DNA of 64,000 nucleotides from the human T2T-CHM13v2.0 reference genome, Homo sapiens: NCBI RefSeq assembly GCF_009914755.1, contig NC_060927.1. One strand, 5' to 3'. Each line of letters opens with the position of its first letter. The stretch's first letter is position 1. The notes under the pieces were generated by a model, which was not told the DNA's origin, did no database searches, and was given only the letters and a program-made list of their open reading frames with translations. Position numbers and translations under genes: made by a program. Below, piece after piece: positions 13,130-27,177 of the stretch.

Positions 13130-15860
13130 CATTGAGGACTGCTGGTGTAAACACGGCAGCATAAACTCTGCATCCTCACCTTACCCTGGAACTAGCAGAA
13201 AGTAACAAAGAAGATGGAAGACAAAATGCAAATTCCTTTTTCAGATAAATTAGGAGGCAGTCACCAAAATACTTGGGAACAGCGTAAGAAGCAGCCAGTT
13301 TCATGCAGGTGCAGTGTTGGAGGAAGTGAGAAAGAGTGGAAGAGGGAGCCCAAGTTGGCAGATCTCAGAAAGCACCAATGAAATATGCCGGAAGGTGAGT
13401 GACACACCTGAGGAGCAGAATCACCATCCCCCGCTTGTCTGCAAAAGAGGGTGTGGAAATGGGATGGGGGCAAGTTTAGTGGCTCAGAGGATCCAGCTGG
13501 ACTATTGGGATTAGAAAAGCAGAGGACACTGTGATACATAAAGAGCCATGCTAACAAGCCATATTTGCAGGATGCAGCCTGGTCATGGGGTAGATGAGAA
13601 GAAGAAAGCATCTGCATCATGAAAACCGGTTGATTTCAAATTCCACCGGGGTTCTACAGGAACCTCTTTCAATTGACTGGTCCAACTCATACAATAAAAA
13701 CAGTCCAGCATCTATGCAGAGATACTGTGAGAAAAAAGGAGACAAAGAACAGCAATGTTTCTTAACAGATGAGGGCTGGCCACCTGAAAATATTACCTGG
13801 AGACAGTGGAATTTTGAGCAATCTTATCACAATGAATTTTTAAAACTTAAAGTACCCTCTGTGAATAAATACCACAAAGCAGAAATGCAAGAACTCAAGA
13901 AAAAATGGTAAAATGGAAAGATGTGAAATATGAGCTGGAAAGAAGTAGGGAAAAGTGGAAAATAACAGAAAGGGTGAATAAATATTAGGTAAAACACAAT
14001 AAGTCAAATAGAGTATAAAAACAAGAACAGTGAACAAAATGAAATGAAAATAGTTAGAAAGGATTAAAGAGAAGGTAAGAAACATATAAGGAAGATAAAG
14101 GAGAGCCACCGTGTACATAATTGAAGAGCCTAAAGAAAAAAGTAAAAATAAAGTCATGGAATGGAAGAAATATTTAATATTTAGCTCAAGAAAATTCTCA
14201 TGAAATAAAAAGACTTGTGTTTACCTTTTCTAATAGGGCATATTGCATGCCAAGAAAAGCTGACCCGAAACAGTCAACACTGATAGATCTTAGGAATGTT
14301 ACTGGATGTTAAAGAAAAAGAAAGAATTCTTAGGGCAGCCAGGCAGGGTAAAAAATCAGTTTAATCTTAGATTTCCCTTAACCTTACAAAACAGTGGAGC
14401 AGAGCCCATAAGCTATTCAAAGAAAGAAACTGTAAGCCAAGTATTTTCTATGTAGGCAACTTTACTTCATGTATGAATGCTGTAGAAAACAGTTGGAACA
14501 TGCAAGAAATCAGAGAATATTGTTCCCATGTGAATTTCAGTCAACCAAGAAATAATGGGAAACTGGGTCCAAAGGGACAAGAGTGTGCATACAATATATT
14601 AACTGAATAACTAAGACCTGAACAAATGTGGGTATTAGAGAGATGGAATCGAATGTATACGCTTCCTATTGTACCAATGCGTATGACACAAATATAAACA
14701 ATTGGATGGGGGATGAAGGCAAAAGGTGGGAGAAAGAATTAATATGCTGTTTATTTCATTAATAATAGCAGAGAACTAAAGAATATCATTTAAAGCTGAG
14801 AAATATATAGAAATGTAAACACATTTAATTGTACAAAGATAAACATTTAAAAAGATAATACTAGTTATGAAAATTGAATGGTAGAGGAAAGGGAGGGCAA
14901 GGAGGGGGAAGAGGAAATAATTTTAATATTGTTCTTTTTAGGGGATTAAGAGCTACAGTCTAAAGAACCAGACAATTAAGGGCATACAATAATAAAGGTA
15001 ATAATTAGGACCCAAATCAAAATTTCCTAAATATTATAAGAAATATACACCAAAAGACAAAGTAAAAGTAAGAGAAAAGAAAACATAGTACAAGACTTCA
15101 AATATTATAAATATTGTTGATGAAAAGGACAAACTGTAAAATATTTGAAGAGATTTATTCTGAGCCAAATATGAGTGACCAATGGCCTGTGACACAGCCC
15201 TCAGGAGATCCTGAGAACAGGTGATCAGACTACAACTTGGTTTTATACATTTTAAGGAGACATAAGACATCAATCAATACATTTAAGAGGTACATTGCTT
15301 TGGTCCAGAAAGGAAGGACAACTGGAAGCAGGGGTTCCTGGGTCATAGGTAGATTCAAAGATTCTCTGATTGGTAATTGATTGAAAGAGTTAAGTTATTG
15401 TCTAAAGACTTAGAATCAATAGAAAGGAATGTCTGGGTTAAGATAAGGGCTTGTGGAGACCAAGGCTTTATCATGCAGTTGGAGCCTCTAGGTAGCTGGC
15501 TTGAGGAAATAGACTGTAAATGTTTCTTATCAGACATAAAGAGGCTGTTCTAACAGTCTTAAGGTCTGTGTTGATGTCAATGCTGGTCAGCTGGGCCTAA
15601 ATTTCAAAAGGGAGGACGGTATAATGAGGCATGTCTGGCTTCCTCTTCCCATCATGGCCTGAACCAGTTTTTCAGGTTAACTTTGGAAGGCCCTTGGCCA
15701 AAAGGAGGGGTCCATTCAGATGGTCAGGGGGCTTAGAATTTTATTTTGAATTTACAATACAGAAAATATACCATAAAATATTACAACAGAACCAAGACTA
15801 AATATGTATGGCATATCAAGTAATGTAAATTAGCTAAACCCACCTAATGAAAGAACACAG
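13130..15860 (+). mobile_element. Ancient L1M remnant (5'UTR/ORF1 region) interrupted by an LTR
   Basis: A-rich, decayed ORF1-like sequence; continues after the LTR with ORF2-start-like 'aatgtaaattagctaaac'. Confidence 0.6.
15115..15756 (-). mobile_element. MER4-family (ERV1) solo LTR
   Basis: TG...CA termini; 4-bp TSD-like ATAT/ATAC; 'gagatttattctgagccaaatatgagtgacc' and 'aggagacataagacatcaatcaatac' motifs. Confidence 0.8.
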
Positions 15861-17328
15861 AGCTCTCTTGGTGGAAGTGTATGTGTGTGTGGGTGGGGGT
15901 GGCAAGTGCAGAGCAGACAGAGTCATCTCCTAACCCCCCACCCCATGGGAGAACATGAAGGAATCCCCAGAGCAAGTTTAAGAACCATTGTTCTGTCCCA
16001 TCTCTGGTAAGCAGGCGAGAGATTCCAGATGCAGTCCAGGTTTGGGGAGCACAGGTTGTCTAGAGGACCACACAACTTACAAGGAAAATATTCTCTAGGC
16101 TTTGTCTCCCTGCCCTGTGGCCCTGGAGGCCCTGGCTGAAGTGAGGGGGACATCAGAAGCATGACTCACCTGATTTCCCCACTGTTTATTTAGCTTGCTG
16201 GTCCCCGCCCCACCCCTTCTGCCTGCTGGTCACCACCCCACCCCTTCTTAAGCAGGGTGTCCAAGCAGGGCTTTGTGGCCCTGGGACATATAGGCTCACC
16301 TGCTGGCTTCACAGAAGCATTAATGCATGGGGTGTCAGGTGAGGGGGGAAGATATTTTAGCACGTGGGTGCCAGAGGCCAGAGGGGATTTTCTCTACTGT
16401 CTCCTCCCCTCCAGGTATGGGGGAGGGAAGGTGAGCTTAAGTGGTCCCTCCAGCAGCAGCTTCAGGTGGATGGAAAGTATCCATTGGCCCTGAGTCGCCT
16501 TGTATTGGCATGTCCCACTGAGTCTTGGGGGATCAGCTCAGAGCTGCAAGGGAGGCTTTGGTTATCATGGTCTCACTGTTCAGGCCAAGGGGAGTGATTG
16601 CGTCTCCCGGTGGTGACTGGGCAGGGGCAGAAAACCCTCATTTCAACCCTCTTCTTTGAAAGCCACCCTCCAGGGCCTACATTGACTTACTGGGCAATGG
16701 TGGTGTGTGCGTCCTCTTGTGCAGCTGTGTTCTGCTACAGGTGCTTGACATGGACAGGAGGAGGAGGTTCAGGGGAGCCCACAGCTGAGTCAGTCCACCT
16801 CCACTGTCCACCAAGAGCTAGAATCACTGGGTATTGGGGGAAGTGAGGCCTCAAAGGCTATTTCATCCAACCCAACCCCTTGTAGATGAGGGAGCTGGTC
16901 CAGAGAGTGGGATCCACACACTGGCTTCCTGCAGCTGAGGTGTTTGGCAAAAGTGGGGCCAAGAGACATCAGTGCACCACTCATGGAGGTGCTAAGAGGG
17001 AGATGCTGGCCTCATGTCCAGGAGGCAGAAGGGGTTAGGACAGGGAGAGAACCAATGTAGAGGAACTGGAGGTAGGAGGGAGCCATGGGCACTTTTTACA
17101 GCTGGGCTGTAACTGAGATTTCCCATTTCCACTTCCTTTTGATTATTTTCTGATGTTTACGGTGCTGAGAAATGTGTTCGGTTCCTGCAGAAACTGCCAC
17201 TGACTTAGAAGGGACTGAAAACACAGACAAATTAGGAAATTCATGAGGGGCGGCATTCCTCCAGGCCATGCCGTTGGAAGGAAGGGGAAGGTCAAATGGG
17301 TACTGAAGGAGGAAAGACTCTATTGTGA

Positions 17329-17633
<305 letters not shown>

Positions 17634-18660
17634 AGGAAATGCTCTTTTAATTGTAGAGGAAAGGGAACTCAGAGATGACCTGGATTAGGCCTTTTTGGCT
17701 GCATGTAGCAGGAGTACCCACGACCCACAGCTCAAGTGTAGAGTGAGAATGGGTTTCGTGGATGCTGCGCAGTCCCGAAGAGCCCCAGGCGGTGGCTACT
17801 GCTGTTCCTGGGCCAGGCTCAGAATTGGAACTGCAGTGCAGGATGCTGGGCAAGGCCTTTCCTCCTGTTTTCATCTCTGGTTTGTCTATGCAACGGTTTC
17901 CTTCTCTTTCCCTGCAGACTGGCTCTCAACAGAGTATGGCCCACTGCTGTCATCTTTGGCTGGGTGGCAATGGGCCCCTGCTCTCTATTTCATGAGCAGG
18001 ACAAGTCAGCCTTGCTGATTTATCACAAGCCCATGCTCCCAGGGCTGGGGTTGGGGGTGAGAATCTGTTGGCCCAGCATGGGTCAGGATCCAGGATGGCC
18101 CCATCAGCTTAGGTCATGGGTCGGGGTCCCTGGATAGATATGGCTCGGGTGGATTGTGGGGGATAGAGGTGGTACTTTTGAGAGAAAGCAGGGGGCTACT
18201 GAGGATGGACTTCACCTACATGTCCACTGCAGATCCCGGATAATCCCCTTTTGACACCCACAGGGGAGCTTCTCAGAAGAGCAAGCACATGCGGGGAAAA
18301 AAGTGGGATCTGGTTTGTTTTGTGGGTGTTGTTTCTTTGACACCTTTAAAATTCTGTTTACCCGTGTGCCTTTTCTGTGCATTCCAGCAAATTGCCTCAC
18401 ACTGCATATAGTATCAAAAATCTCTAAGGAATATCTGGTGGATTTAGTAAGTAAACTTAATTTGGGGAGTTTTTTTGTGATTTGGACTAGATTGTCCATT
18501 CATTTTGTCAGTCACGTATCTGTTGATTCCCATTATGTACCAGGACTCTGCCTGTAGGTCTGTCACATAAAGGCTCACAGGTACAGAGACTCCCAACTGC
18601 AGGCTTGCACTGCTCCAGACACTGCGTTCCTTCCCTTTTGTGGCTCATGATGCCCTAGAG

Positions 18661-18926
18661 CAGTGGCTCTCAAGCTTAAGCCCACATCAGAATTACCCAG
18701 AGTACTTCTTAAAACACAGGCTGCCCAGCCCCTGTTTCTGATTCTGGAATTCTGGTGTGGGGCCCTGAGAATTTGCATTTCTGACAAGTCCCCAGGTGAT
18801 ACTGATACTGCTGGTCCCATGTGAACTTCAGTCAACCAAGAGTTGACTGAAGTGTGCATAGAATATATTTAACTGAATAACTAAGACCTGAACGTAATCC
18901 AAGGACTGCGTGTTGAGAAATCACTG
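18661..18926. mobile_element. MER5A hAT DNA transposon interrupted by an ~80-bp templated insertion
   Basis: CAGTGG...CACTG termini; approximate TSD ccctagag/ccctaggg; 'atttgcatttctgacaagtccccaggtgat' core. Confidence 0.8.
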
Positions 18927-19547
18927 CCCCTAGGGTGTGTCCTTGCTAACATGTGCAGAGCTGTTGCTGCCACATCTGTGTGCAACCGGCAGGGATGGCA
19001 AGAGAGAAAGGCCAGGGTGGCCAACTTCCTTTTAAGCATGTGGGGCTGGCAAAAGTGGTTGGCTCTCATGACATAGTCAGGGACTTGGTCACATGGTCAC
19101 ACCCTGTTGCTAAGGAGGCTGGCAAAGTCATCTCTAACTGGGTGGCCATGTGCTCTGGCAAAGGGTAAGGGCATGTGTGTGGGGACATCAAGAGATCTGC
19201 CAGAATGGGCCCATGGGATCACATGGAGACAAAAAGAGAAGGTCAGCTCTTGGTGATGGGGACAGACGTGAGAAAAGCCCCTTATGTGGCATGGTGACAG
19301 TGTTGTAATGGCAGTTTATTCAAAGGGAGAATAAGACAGAAGAGCATGGGTCTGCAGGCCTCAGCAGGGGCTGCCCTAGAAGGAAAAGCAAGCCAAGCTT
19401 GAAAACAGGAGCATAGTTGGCTGGAGTTGACATTTCCTTTCTTGAAGGCAGCCAGCTGTCCCTCCACTTGGGCTGTGCTCTTCTCTTTCTCTCATGAACT
19501 GAGCACCTCATTTGCTTACCATCCCCATTGTTTTGGGGTTGAGCTGA

Positions 19548-20903
<1,356 letters not shown>

Positions 20904-21045
20904 TAGAGAGCTGCGGAGGTAGGGGGTTCTGGGTGGAGAGGCCTGAATTGCCCACCTGAGGTTAGATGGTGACTCTCCCCCAAGTCTTGGTTTTTTGACC
21001 ACCAAGCACCTGCTTTTGTAATTTTCCTGCCTCTGTTTATTTATC

Positions 21046-21446
21046 CAGTGGTTACTGGAGCCAGCTCATCAGCTCACAAGAGCTGATGGCTATAATTTTC
21101 AGGAATTTTGTGACCTAGTTGTGAAACACAGGCATTATTAAAAAATTAAGTTGTAGAAACAATAAATTATATTAGAAACAAAGGTAATAACTACTCAGAA
21201 TGCATTATTTCCTAATTATATTACTATAATCTGTGCTTTTGCAGCTTCGTGTCTATATAATAAATGCTAGCTAATGGTGTGCCACTGCACATCTCTTGAC
21301 AACTCCACATTTGGTCATGTTGGTAGCTTGAAATCCGTCAGGGTGTGAATATCTGTTTACACCATGGAAAGCAGCAAATGCTACAAATCAGGACTCCCCT
21401 CTACTCCTGGAGAGCTGATTGTTGAACATTTATCAGCATACCACTG
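21046..21446 (+). mobile_element. Arthur1-type hAT-Tip100 DNA transposon
   Basis: CAGTGG...CCACTG termini; 'ttttcaggaattttg', 'cattattaaaaa', 'ggtagcttgaaatc' motifs; homologous to 52020-52097/58368-58660. Confidence 0.7.
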
Positions 21447-23896
21447 TTTATAACTTTACGTCTTTGACTCAACAAGGATTCAAGATGGTTGTATCATTTT
21501 TAAAAAAGAGAGAGGGAGAGGTGGAGATAGCGATGGAGAGAATGGGAGAGGAAGGGAGAAAGTGAGGATGCTTGGGCACTGAAGAATGAGAAGGAACTGT
21601 GCTGGCTGAGGTCCCTGAACTGTCAGGAGTTAACCCTGGAGTTGCTGGATCGAGGGGTAGTGTGGGAATCCCAGGGAAGGGGTTGTGTTGTCAGGGTACA
21701 CGGGCTGACTGGGGGACTACAGGCACCAGCTATTTACTAACTTGTCTGTTAACAACCAGTGTGGCTGTTCCGGTGCCCATGAGCTGGACCTCAGCCATAG
21801 ATACACATGTGTGGAAACATGGCCAGACAGAAACAAAGACAAAAAACAGATAAAGCTCAGTGAGGGTGGATGTGTGCACCAAATGCACATGGAACCAGCC
21901 CCCATTTCTATAGAGACCCCTGTTGAAGAAAAGGGTCCTCAATGTCAGCCCTTAGGGTTACCTGCAGAGGTGAGTGGACCAATATGTGGTGTTTCGTCCA
22001 CATGGGGTTGGGTTTCTATTTTAGAAAATTCTTAGATAATATGTAATACTTCAGAGATTTACCATAAAAACCCAGCTTCCCTTGAAAAATTGGATGGTTT
22101 AGTAATACTGGTCCTTCATTCCCATATAGCAGGAAGCAGCCTGAGCTGAGCATCTGCTGCCCCCTTTGGAGGTTGCCATACTCTCCTTTTGGCCACAGGC
22201 TCTACCTCTTTATTGTCCGACACTCACCTACTGTCCTCCCGGCCTCTTGAATGTTACCCCAGTCTGCCTGCAGATAAGTCTGTTTCCAGTCACGGGACTA
22301 GCTGATCTCCTGTCGTCCTCCCAGCTCCTCCAATCTATGTCCCCGTGGCTGCTTTGTGGAAGGAGGAGCTATGGACCCTGATGATCAAGAGCATGGGCCT
22401 TGGCATCAGACCAACCTGGGTTTGAACTCCCACCCCCAGGCCACTTCCCACTGTGTACCCCTGGGCAGATTACCTAGCCTCTCTCAGCTCTACTTTTCTC
22501 ACCCCAAAATGGGGTTGTGCACCCCAACCTCATCCCCTTGAGCCTGACCATTTAGTACATGGTAGCTCCTGGCTGCTGGCACCTGCATCTGCAGGTTTGC
22601 TCTGCTTGCTGCACTGGAAGTGCTGGGGAATGAGTACCCTCCAGGTAGTGTGGCCAACCATGCAGGTTGGGAAGGAGGGGTTTCCCAGATCATAGGACTT
22701 TCAGTGCTGAAGCTGGGACAGTTGTGGGCAAACAAGGAAGGTTGGTCATGTTGCCCCCAGGAGCAGCCTGCAACTGTGACTGAGGAGAGTAGGTGTATAG
22801 ATGCCCTGTATGCGTATTCTACACACCTCTCAGTTAAATTAGCAGGATTGGAGCCCAGTTATTCACAGTGGTAATTGCTGTCTCTCTTCCCCCACTCTAC
22901 TTGTGTTTCTTGGAGTTAGCACACAAGTAAACTGCTCTCAGTTGAATTCTGGTCTGTCCTCTGGGGATCCCAGCCTTCGTCAGATAATAACATTGATCAC
23001 GCATAGTTTCTGGATGCAAGGTCATTCATGTAATGTACTTAGTACAGTGCCTGGCGGGTGGCACATACTCAGTAAGAAGCAGGTACCATCCCACTTTACA
23101 GGAATTAACTCATCCACTCTTCATGGCAACCTATGAGTGAGATACTACATTTAATCCTATTTTAAAGTTGAGAAATTGAGGCCCAGAGAAATTAGGTTAC
23201 TTGCCCAAGGTGGCAGCTTGTGGGCTGAGAAGCAGCCTGGATGGTCTGACTCTAGAGCTCACTCTCTGAATCACAGTCATTCAGCTGTCCATGAACGAGG
23301 GCAGGAAAAGGGGATGCCTGTAGGGGTGTCCTGGGGCCTTGATCTCTGAGGCACAGCTCCTTGCAAAGCCCCAGTCCAGCTGATGTGCTTGCAGCTGCTC
23401 TCTGCTCCACACAGAGCCCCTCTGTTCACCTCTCAGGGTTGCAGCGTGGGACTCTTCCTCAGCTGCCAACCCCTGCTGTGGGGACAAGTCTCTGTAGCCA
23501 AAGCATACACAGGTTGGTTATATGGGCAGACATGACTCGGCTGGGCTCATGCCACCTCTTCCCTGGTTTGCTGAATGCCAGTCAAGTCAAGCACCCCCCG
23601 TCTGGCTAATGCCACCTTCTTAGAAACCATTGGCAAGGCAGAGAGAGGCAGGGCTGTAGAACGTGGGTTTTCCTGCACAGGAACCTTCTGACCAGGGCCT
23701 GGGTACAAACTGCATACAGCCCACTCTTGAGTAGGTCTGCTTGCTCCTTTGGTTTTATCCTGTATAAACCCTTGTTTTTCTGTGTACATCACCACATCCC
23801 ATTTATGTAGGCACAAAACACAAGCACTGCACACATGCACATCTCTTATACACCCCATAAAGCATACCTATGCTTCACAAATCCCATATAACACTC

Positions 23897-24350
23897 TGTA
23901 TTAGTTAGTGATTGCTGAAATAACACTGTGTAACAAACCTCCAAAACTCAGTGGCTTAAAACACCAGCTCTTTATTCTTGCTCCAGGATCTGTGGGTCAA
24001 TTGGATTCAACTGAGGTGGAAAAAAAGGAAAAAAGTAAACAGCCACGTTATGAACTGCCCGTGGGGAGAAGAGACATCTAGGAGGACCCTAGCAACCCTG
24101 AGGACCTCAGCCCTCCGACTGCAAGCGATGGTGTCAGCTGGCAACCTGAACAGCTTAAGAGAGGACCCTGAGCTAGAGTGAGATCCAGCCCTGGTCCATA
24201 CCTTGATTGTAGCCTGGGGAAACCCTGAGCTGAGAACCTAGCAAACCTGTAATAGGCTCCTGACCCACAGAAACTGTGAAATCATAGATGTGTTCTTTTA
24301 AGCCACTGAGTTCATGGTAATTTATTACACAGCAATAGAAGACTAACACA
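23897..24350. mobile_element. MLT1-type LTR fragments in both orientations
   Basis: 'tgtattagtt...aaaactcagtggcttaaaac' (-) followed by 'cctgacccacagaaactgtga...gactaaca' (+). Confidence 0.6.
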
Positions 24351-24446
24351 TGAGGCAAGGGTGGTTTCCAAGGTGCGAAAAATTAAGAGCATGCTCACTC
24401 TTGGGTGCTGACCCTGCGATTGCACAACACTAAAAGTCAGTACCTC

Positions 24447-26347
24447 AAACCAGGCAGCGATTCAGGGCAGACCTCCTTATGCTGCTTCAGTGGAAGAAGT
24501 GGCCAAAGAACCTAAGTCAAAATCTGGGGGATCGAAGTCCTCTGCTATGTCTTCAGACAGGTCCCTGGCTGAAAATGGAGCGATGGCCGAGGAGAAGCCA
24601 ACTCCCCAGATGAACGGGACCCCAGGTGATGACAGGGCTCCCAGCCACTCTGAAAGTGCCTTGAATAATGACTCTAAAATGTGCAATACAAATCCTCATT
24701 GAAATGCACTAAGTACAGACAGCCCTTGCCACACAGAAGCTGCTCTGGAGGCAGCTGTCTTAAATAAAGAAGAGTAAACTTACTTTTTATAGAGAGTGAA
24801 GGATGCTGGAAGGGTAAGGTATTTAGGAATATCTGGAGAGAAAGAACCTGCAGTTATGTACATTTTGTCCTTTCTGTAAGAGAAAAATGAGGACTTTGGA
24901 AATTCAGATCCCTCTTTGATATCAGAGATTTAAATGATACATTTTTAATTTTAACCAGTTATAGTCAAAATGCTACAATAAAACAAAAAAGAGAAAGAAA
25001 ATGAAGAGCATTTGACTCCCACTCTTAAAATGAAGTACACATAAGCTTTAAACTGGTTATGACAAAAGCCTATAGTTGTGTTTCTTGAAGTATAAAGAAA
25101 ACAAATTTTGGCAGTCTTTAAGTATATATAGCTTAAAATATAATTTGTAGCATTTGGCACCATATGTATGCCATTATATTTGATTTTGCATTACTGTTTC
25201 ACAATGAAGCTTTCTTTAAGACTTTGATTTTTATGATTATGAAAGAAATAAGGAACAACCACAGTTTTTCTTTCTTAAATTTCATCACTGTTGATGTGGT
25301 TCTTTTGTGTTAAAAAAAAGTGCAACTATCAAAACTAAAAAATTATAGAGTAATATTGCCGTTCTGCTGATTTTAAATATACATCATACGTACTTTACGA
25401 GCAGGTTAAATGGAGATAAAGTTGAAATCATAGAAGATGCAAATGACCTTTCAAAATCAACACAATGTGTTCTGAAACTTTTCGTGACTCACACCATGCA
25501 TCTGTGATCAATGAACTATGTGGTTTTGAATCGGATGTAGACCTTTAATACTACTACTTGAGCTAAACTTCTGCATGGTTCGTAATTTTTGAAGTGTGTG
25601 GTTAATATTGTGCATGTTATCATCCTTTCTTCCGTTCTTATCAGTATGTGCCCATTTGCAAAACAAAAATACTAATAATCAGTAATAGTCCTAGAAAAGA
25701 TGTTAATTCTGTTTAGTCATTGACTGATATTGCGCTAACCTTGAAATTGTATGATTATTGACCTCTGTTGCATTTATTCTAAAGCCCCCCAAAAATTATC
25801 TAGCCGTTTCGAATATCAACATTACACTGGTGTATTCACTGCTTTATGCATTATTGTTCTTTGTTGCTGTTTTATGCTTTCATATTAGCAAATATGAAAT
25901 TCTGCGAAAAAAAACTCTTTGATCTTTAAAAAAAAAAAAATCCCCCATTCTGTAGCAGGAAACAAATTGCTTGTTCTTGAGAACTTTCCCATCAAGAATT
26001 TAGTAGAAGCAGGTATACTTCTATCATTTTGATGTTTTTGTTAATGTTTCCAAACAATGTACTTTGAAATCAGAATCACTTCTTATCATTTTTATATACT
26101 TCTGATGCTCTTCATCACATTAGTGATCAGAAGTGAGGTGTAATTCCCCAACCCCTGCCCACGAGGACTAAGTAGGATCTTACTGTAAGTTGAAGGGAGT
26201 TCGGCCCTGACACATGGATTGTGCAAGAATGAACTGCTGTTGGGTTTGATTGACTGTCGATGGATTGTGGTGTGGTGTATCTGAAGGCTATTGAATGCAA
26301 CTTACAATGCTTAATAAACATCTTTATTCTTTTAGTATAAAAAAAAA
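24447..26347 (+). pseudogene. 5'-truncated processed pseudogene of FAM120A (C-terminal ~110 codons plus ~1.55 kb 3'UTR)
   Basis: Translates NQAAIQGRPPYAASVEEVAK...NTNPH*NALSTDS...ALEAAVLNKEE* (stop 24775-24777), matching the recalled FAM120A C-terminus; premature TGA 24700-24702; AATAAA 26313-26318, A-tail, 15-bp TSD aaaagtcagtacctc (24432-24446) / aaaagaaagtacctc (26344-26358). Confidence 0.88.
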
Positions 26348-26520
26348 GAAAGTACCTCTTTTGACTTTTTTTTTTTTTTTGGTTTCATCTTAGTCCTGCC
26401 TCTGTTTAAAAGCATTTTAAAACAAAAGACAAAAATACTATCCATATTCTTTGCCCCATTTTCTTCTCTTTTTTTAAACATCTATTTTTCTTGCTACCAG
26501 CACAATCTGCCACCAGGTAG

Positions 26521-26831
<311 letters not shown>

Positions 26832-26839
26832 TAGGTAGG

Positions 26840-27177
26840 TTTTATTTATGTATTTTTTAAACTTGTATGTTCAGGGGTACATGTGCAGGTTTGTTATACA
26901 GGTAAATTTTGTGTCATGGGTGTCTAGTGTACAGATGATTTTGTCACCCAGGTTATAAGCATAGTACTCGATAGGTAGTTTTTCGATCCTCTCCCTCCAC
27001 CTTCAAGTAGGCCCCTGTGACTGTTGTTCCTTCTTTGTGTGGCCCCTGTGATTCCTTTCTTTGTGTCCATGTGTATTCAGTGTTTAGCTCCCACTTATAA
27101 GTGAGAACATGTGGTATTTGGTTTTCTGTTCCTGAGTTAGTTTGCTTAGGATTATGGCCTCCAGCTCCATCCATGTT
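26840..27177 (-). mobile_element. Older L1PA 3' end fragment
   Basis: 'tttagctcccacttataagtgagaacatgtggtatttggttttctgttcc'; ORF 27084-27299 ends in MELEAIILSKLTQEQKTKYHMFSLISGS. Confidence 0.9.
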
